Of a stretch of 64,000 nt of DNA, positions 59,925-64,000 are shown in pieces; position 1 is the first letter of the stretch; each line of letters opens with the position of its first letter. Under the pieces are notes generated by a model that saw only the letters and a list, made by a program, of their open reading frames with translations, had not been told where the DNA came from and did not search any database. The DNA is from Yuukianura sp. NJ FZ-2021 (lineage: Eukaryota), in assembly GCA_046563655.1 (NCBI GenBank), contig CM102285.1, positions 7,688,001 to 7,752,000 of the forward strand, read 5' to 3'. Position numbers and translations under genes: made by a program.

Positions 59925-60750
59925 TTTGAAAACAAAGTTCCGCACATCTTTTCGCAGCGCTTTGTGAACAAGCAATCGAAGTGTGCATTTCTGCAACTTT
60001 AAAAAACTTACCCTAAAACTTTCACCCTTTAGTTTAAGCAAAGTCTACAAATTAGTACATATTAGTTATATAAAGGTATCACTTTTTTTAAAATCCTAAC
60101 AGTGTTCTACAAATTGTTAAGAAAATTAAAGCGGGAAATTTTGACTTATTAGGAGCGGTGTTGAGAGCAGTTGAGAGTTAGATTGGAAGTGAACTGGAAG
60201 ATGAAACATTCCTGGAAGGATGTCTGATGTGACCTATACTGTGTACATTGTGGAAGCAGGCGCACAAGGTATAACATTTCTTCAGTTCCATGCAAACTCC
60301 GGACGTCTCCACATCTTACGAGATCTTTTTGCAAAGTCTACAAAGTAACTCTCACTATGCTGAGGACGTGACGGCGATGAAAAAGAAAGTCAGCTTTCAC
60401 TTTCCTCGAAACTCAGCTTCTGCATCACTTACTTCAGTTTGCATGTAGCCACTTGCTTTTCCAATAAAGCGAATATTACCGAATCAGAATTCTAAACTCT
60501 TTCTCAAACTTTCAAGAAAAATTTTAATAAATACAAACACTTCTATTAAAAACATAACAAAGGTTAAAAAGGTGGCATTTTTTTTGCACACATTCCACAT
60601 TCAAGCGGAACGTTGATTTTTGAAAGTTGCAAATTCCAAATGCGAAACACTTTTTTTCCGAGTGTGCTTTGTGGATTTCAGAAGCAAAAAGAAACGGATT
60701 TGTGTGCCAGAATAGCCGTCAGTCTTTCCGTGAAATAAACTTCTGGCAAA

Positions 60751-61226
60751 TAAGTATCGTCAGATCAATATAGAGAGTCCTGCTTTGGATATTGTTGACC
60801 TTGATCTCTGATGTTGTTAGAGGTCACCTGAGGTCAAACAACATTAGGAATCTTCTTCGCGTCGTCAAACATCCATCTCCGGAAACCACTTCCGAATCGG
60901 TCCATCCGTTTCCCAAGTTTACAGAAAACGATGACCTTGAGCGTTGACCCTGTCAGAGGTCACTCGAGGTGGTCAAAATCGGATCCCCGCAAACCGTTTC
61001 CGAGCCTGTCGATCCGTTTCCGTATTGTAAATGTAGCATTACTTTGACCTTTAACACCGTCAGAGGTCACCTGAGGTGAAATCAAGCGGAATTTTACTCA
61101 TCTGGTCAGTAGTTACTAACTGAAGAAAACTGCGTAGAGGTAAGTAAAGTGGTTATTGAGTTATAAGCATTACAGAAAGACAGACCGACGCGCAAGACGA
61201 TCCCTATAAGTATTTAACGATACTTA
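60751..61226. mobile_element. Inverted shorter copy of the 50921-57009 DINE-1/HINE-like element
   Basis: Begins TAAGTATCGTCAGATCAAT and ends ACGATCCCTATAAGTATTTAACGATACTTA; the interior is the reverse complement of about 56400-56990. Confidence 0.8.
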
Positions 61227-61429
61227 TAAATGGATGAGAATGACCACGATGAACCTTATTTGTCTTCGTTCTTTCCTTGGCATGCTGCCAATTTTCTACG
61301 GATTCAAATCTTCCCTTGATTTTTGGACTAAAGTAGAGGCTAGGATCGGATCTTACGGCCACTTATTTTTAGCTCAGCCGCGGGGGATAGTCGGGCGCAA
61401 TATTGGGGAGGGAAAACCCCTCAAAAAAT

Positions 61430-61532
61430 ACATAATGACAAAATCTCAACATCTAAAATGACAAAATGTCAAAAACGTCAACAACAAAAATGTCAACAAC
61501 AAAAAGGCCGACAACAAAAAAAGTCAAAACAC
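61430..61532. repeat. About 15-bp tandem array (AAAAATGTCAACAAC)
   Basis: About 6 degenerate units just upstream of the virus-like gene block. Confidence 0.7.
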
Positions 61533-61741
61533 AAGTATTGGAATTTTTCATAAAAAAATTCGAAAAGTTCTTTTCAAAACAACTTGTCACAAGAAAAAAC
61601 GTTTTTTGAAAATATTTTAAAATAGCATTCAACCATTGTTTCGATGGCTACTTAAACAGTGAACTCTGAATCTAGAAATCGTCAGTTCTGAACTTAGTAG
61701 TGGAAATTACAACATTCCTACTCCATAGCCATTCTCAAAAG

Positions 61742-62446
61742 ATGGAAGATGTAAAACATGAAATTGCTCTCCGAGTAAGAGGCATTCCATGGGAAAGACG
61801 TCCAGAAAAGTGTCCTGGATTTTATATAACTCCAATTTGTTTGCAAAACTCGTCAGCGTTTAAAACTCACGAAGAGTACAAAGCGCTTCCAGTTACTCGG
61901 GTTTGCGATCACAGTCGCTGCAACTATAGTGGTGAATACGACTACATGATTGAAAAACTGTTTGGAGATGGAGTATTTAAATCAGCTGATTTGCAAGAAA
62001 TTATGGACGAAATTTCGCGACTCCGAAAATTTAAAAAGTATTATTGCAAATACATGCAATGTTCTGGATTCATTTTACGAAAGGGGAAGAAAGCAACAGC
62101 CGACCCACATTCCCTAGTTCCTGGTTATGACTTTTCCAGAAGCAAAGAAGCTCCTTATACCTTACCATGCAACGGCTGGAACTGTGATACAACGGCGTTT
62201 GCAAAGTACATTATCATTGCGGCTTTAGCCCGTGGATATTTGGCTCCAACGTATTCTCTTCGAAATAATCCACTCATCATCCTGGAAAAAGTGGGGTGGA
62301 CGGCAATGCTGAATGCAACTCCTCATGAAGCACATAAAGAATTTATTCAAAATTCAGAAAACTGGCTTGCAAAACAATGGGAGTTTCTGTGGAGCCCTGA
62401 CGTTCTCTACACTGCGCGTCAACAACGAATATCTCATTTTGCTTGA
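61742..62446 (+). CDS. Intronless hypothetical protein, Cys-rich (234 aa from the first ATG)
   Basis: Long ORF in AT-rich context; no family recognised; co-oriented with the penton-like gene. Confidence 0.6.
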   Translation: MEDVKHEIALRVRGIPWERRPEKCPGFYITPICLQNSSAFKTHEEYKALPVTRVCDHSRCNYSGEYDYMIEKLFGDGVFKSADLQEIMDEISRLRKFKKYYCKYMQCSGFILRKGKKATADPHSLVPGYDFSRSKEAPYTLPCNGWNCDTTAFAKYIIIAALARGYLAPTYSLRNNPLIILEKVGWTAMLNATPHEAHKEFIQNSENWLAKQWEFLWSPDVLYTARQQRISHFA

Positions 62447-62834
62447 AGTTTATTTCGAGAATGTCGTTTTGAAGTCGATGAACTTTTAACCCTTTTTCTA
62501 TAATTTGGAAAAGGATCGTTTCTGATGAAAATCGTTTCGAGTTGTTCGTTTAATCCTTTTTTCCAAGGAAATTTAAGTCGTTGGAATTGCTAAAAATAGA
62601 AAAAAGGGTCGTTTCTGTTGAAAAACGTTTCGAGTCGTTCGTTTAATCCTTTTTTCCAAAGAAATTTTAGTCGGAACGTTTGGAACGTTTCCTTTTTTCT
62701 ATAATTTGAAAAAAGGGTCAAACTTCTACCTGAAAATTTGAGATAAAAAGGCCGTTCGACTGCTCAACAAACCATCAGTCTCATCACAGCTTCAGTCGGA
62801 ACTTCTTCTCAAAAACTACTCCTCAAACACTACA

Positions 62835-63257
62835 ATGGTTGAAGCATACGCTGCAGGATTCGTAAGCAAGACTCTTGAAGATCGGGTCAAATGCTGGTGG
62901 AAGCTGGAAGATGGAGAATACAAAGTCTTTATCAAGAAGGATCGCTACTACACCACAATTGAGATGAAGGAAATTCCATTCCTCGTCTCAAAGCTGATTC
63001 TCTTCTTTCTGTCTACTGGCCATCCAATGAGTGAGCTGCCAAACTTTGAATTATTGCTGCTAGATTGCAAGGAGCGTTACGAGGATAAGCGTCAACCAGA
63101 AAAGAAACCGAAGATGGACATTGTGGCTGAAGCGATGAGCAAGGCTGTCTGGAACCGAAAATCTCCGTCGCTGAAACCTCGTCTGAATACTATCCCCGAA
63201 GAAGACTATGACGAAGTTGATACACAAAAATACTGGATTGAAGACACAAAATTTTAA
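62835..63257 (+). CDS. Intronless hypothetical protein (140 aa) with a basic NLS-like PEKKPK and an acidic tail
   Basis: Good ATG context (TACAATGG), upstream TATA-like and TCAGT motifs, AATAAA at about 63315. Confidence 0.6.
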   Translation: MVEAYAAGFVSKTLEDRVKCWWKLEDGEYKVFIKKDRYYTTIEMKEIPFLVSKLILFFLSTGHPMSELPNFELLLLDCKERYEDKRQPEKKPKMDIVAEAMSKAVWNRKSPSLKPRLNTIPEEDYDEVDTQKYWIEDTKF

Positions 63258-63394
63258 GCCCTTTTAGAAATATTTAAAAAATTTTACAAACTTTGTTAGT
63301 TTTAAGAATTGTAAAATAAAATTTTTGACTCAAACCGAAAAAGTATTTAAACGCTCGTCCTTCATTCTAAACGTTTAGTCTAAATCTAGCAGCC

Positions 63395-64000
63395 ATGGGA
63401 GACTTTTACGTGACTCTCCAGAGTGATTCTTCCTCAAATCATTATCCAGAAAACACAATTACAAATTTTAGAAATCATTTCGCTGAGACAATTCGATTAG
63501 AGGGTGTAAAATACGAGGTGGCGTTAGTAGAGTGTACATATGTTCATCACGAGTATATGCTGCACAAGGAAGGGTGGCTTCGACAAGTTGGTAGCGGGTC
63601 AATCTTTGATTTGCTCAGCATTTCCTCAGAAGACGCTGCATTGATTCGGACTGCAGACGATCTTGCAAAACGTGTATCAGATAATATCGTACAAATTGAA
63701 ATTAGAAATTCGAGGGCCAGGTTTGTCAAGAAACCTGCTAAATCCTTTGTAAGGTTTAACGAAGAGGCTACTAAAATTCTGGGATACGACGAAGGAAAAC
63801 AGAGTTTCGAGTATGAAGTTTTTGAGCCTAGTGGACATACACAACTTTTCATCTACTGCAGTATAATTGAAAACCAACGTGTTGGAGGCGACCTTGCCCC
63901 ACTATTGAGAAAAATTTCAAACACAGGAGATCACAAAAAGGTTGTGACCCGATCGTTTCAACATCTGCAATACATAGATGTTGTATTTGATGACATTGAT
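63395..64000 (+). CDS. Maverick/Polinton (adintovirus-type) minor capsid/penton-like protein, running off the right edge
   Basis: Open for 202 codons from ATG 63395: MGDFYVTLQSDSSSNHYPENTITNFRNHFAETIRLEGVKYEVALVEC...LFIYCSIIENQRVGGDLAPLLRKI...FQHLQYIDV. Both terminal blocks match motifs I recognise from Polinton penton proteins. Confidence 0.75.
   Translation, partial: MGDFYVTLQSDSSSNHYPENTITNFRNHFAETIRLEGVKYEVALVECTYVHHEYMLHKEGWLRQVGSGSIFDLLSISSEDAALIRTADDLAKRVSDNIVQIEIRNSRARFVKKPAKSFVRFNEEATKILGYDEGKQSFEYEVFEPSGHTQLFIYCSIIENQRVGGDLAPLLRKISNTGDHKKVVTRSFQHLQYIDVVFDDID

Noticed and set aside
61696..61701. AGTAGT as a Polinton terminal motif
   Set aside because: It lies in the apparent 5' UTR of the first ORF, leaving no room for a TIR; likely chance.

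Overview
AT-rich, repeat-dense eukaryotic DNA, most likely from an arthropod (inferred from GT-AG introns, a Beat-family Ig gene cluster and TCAGT-type initiators). No rRNA, tRNA or CRISPR locus was seen. The main find is a Ty3/Gypsy LTR retrotransposon (minus strand, <1..6933) with an unusual layout: 5' LTR, tRNA-Phe PBS, gag, a TARG1/DarG/SCO6735-like macrodomain (predicted ADP-ribosylhydrolase), protease-RT-RNase H-integrase, then a second Gag-like poly-proline/CCHC ORF in the env position. The window also holds a FAXDC2-like pseudogene and an intronless fungal-type class-3 lipase whose catalytic Ser is replaced by Gly. There are three Beat-like paralogues (one apparently decayed, one lacking a shared intron) and a small secreted 8-Cys chitin-binding protein resembling the fungal effector Avr4. 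A young, intact Mag-type Gypsy element (51178..56070, GGCCT TSD) is nested in a DINE-1/Helentron-like element. There are many MITEs, foldbacks and Helitron-type repeats. At the right edge is a Maverick/Polinton-like gene block whose penton-like ORF (63395..>64000) is missing from the ORF track. All family assignments are motif recognition by eye; no database searches were run.
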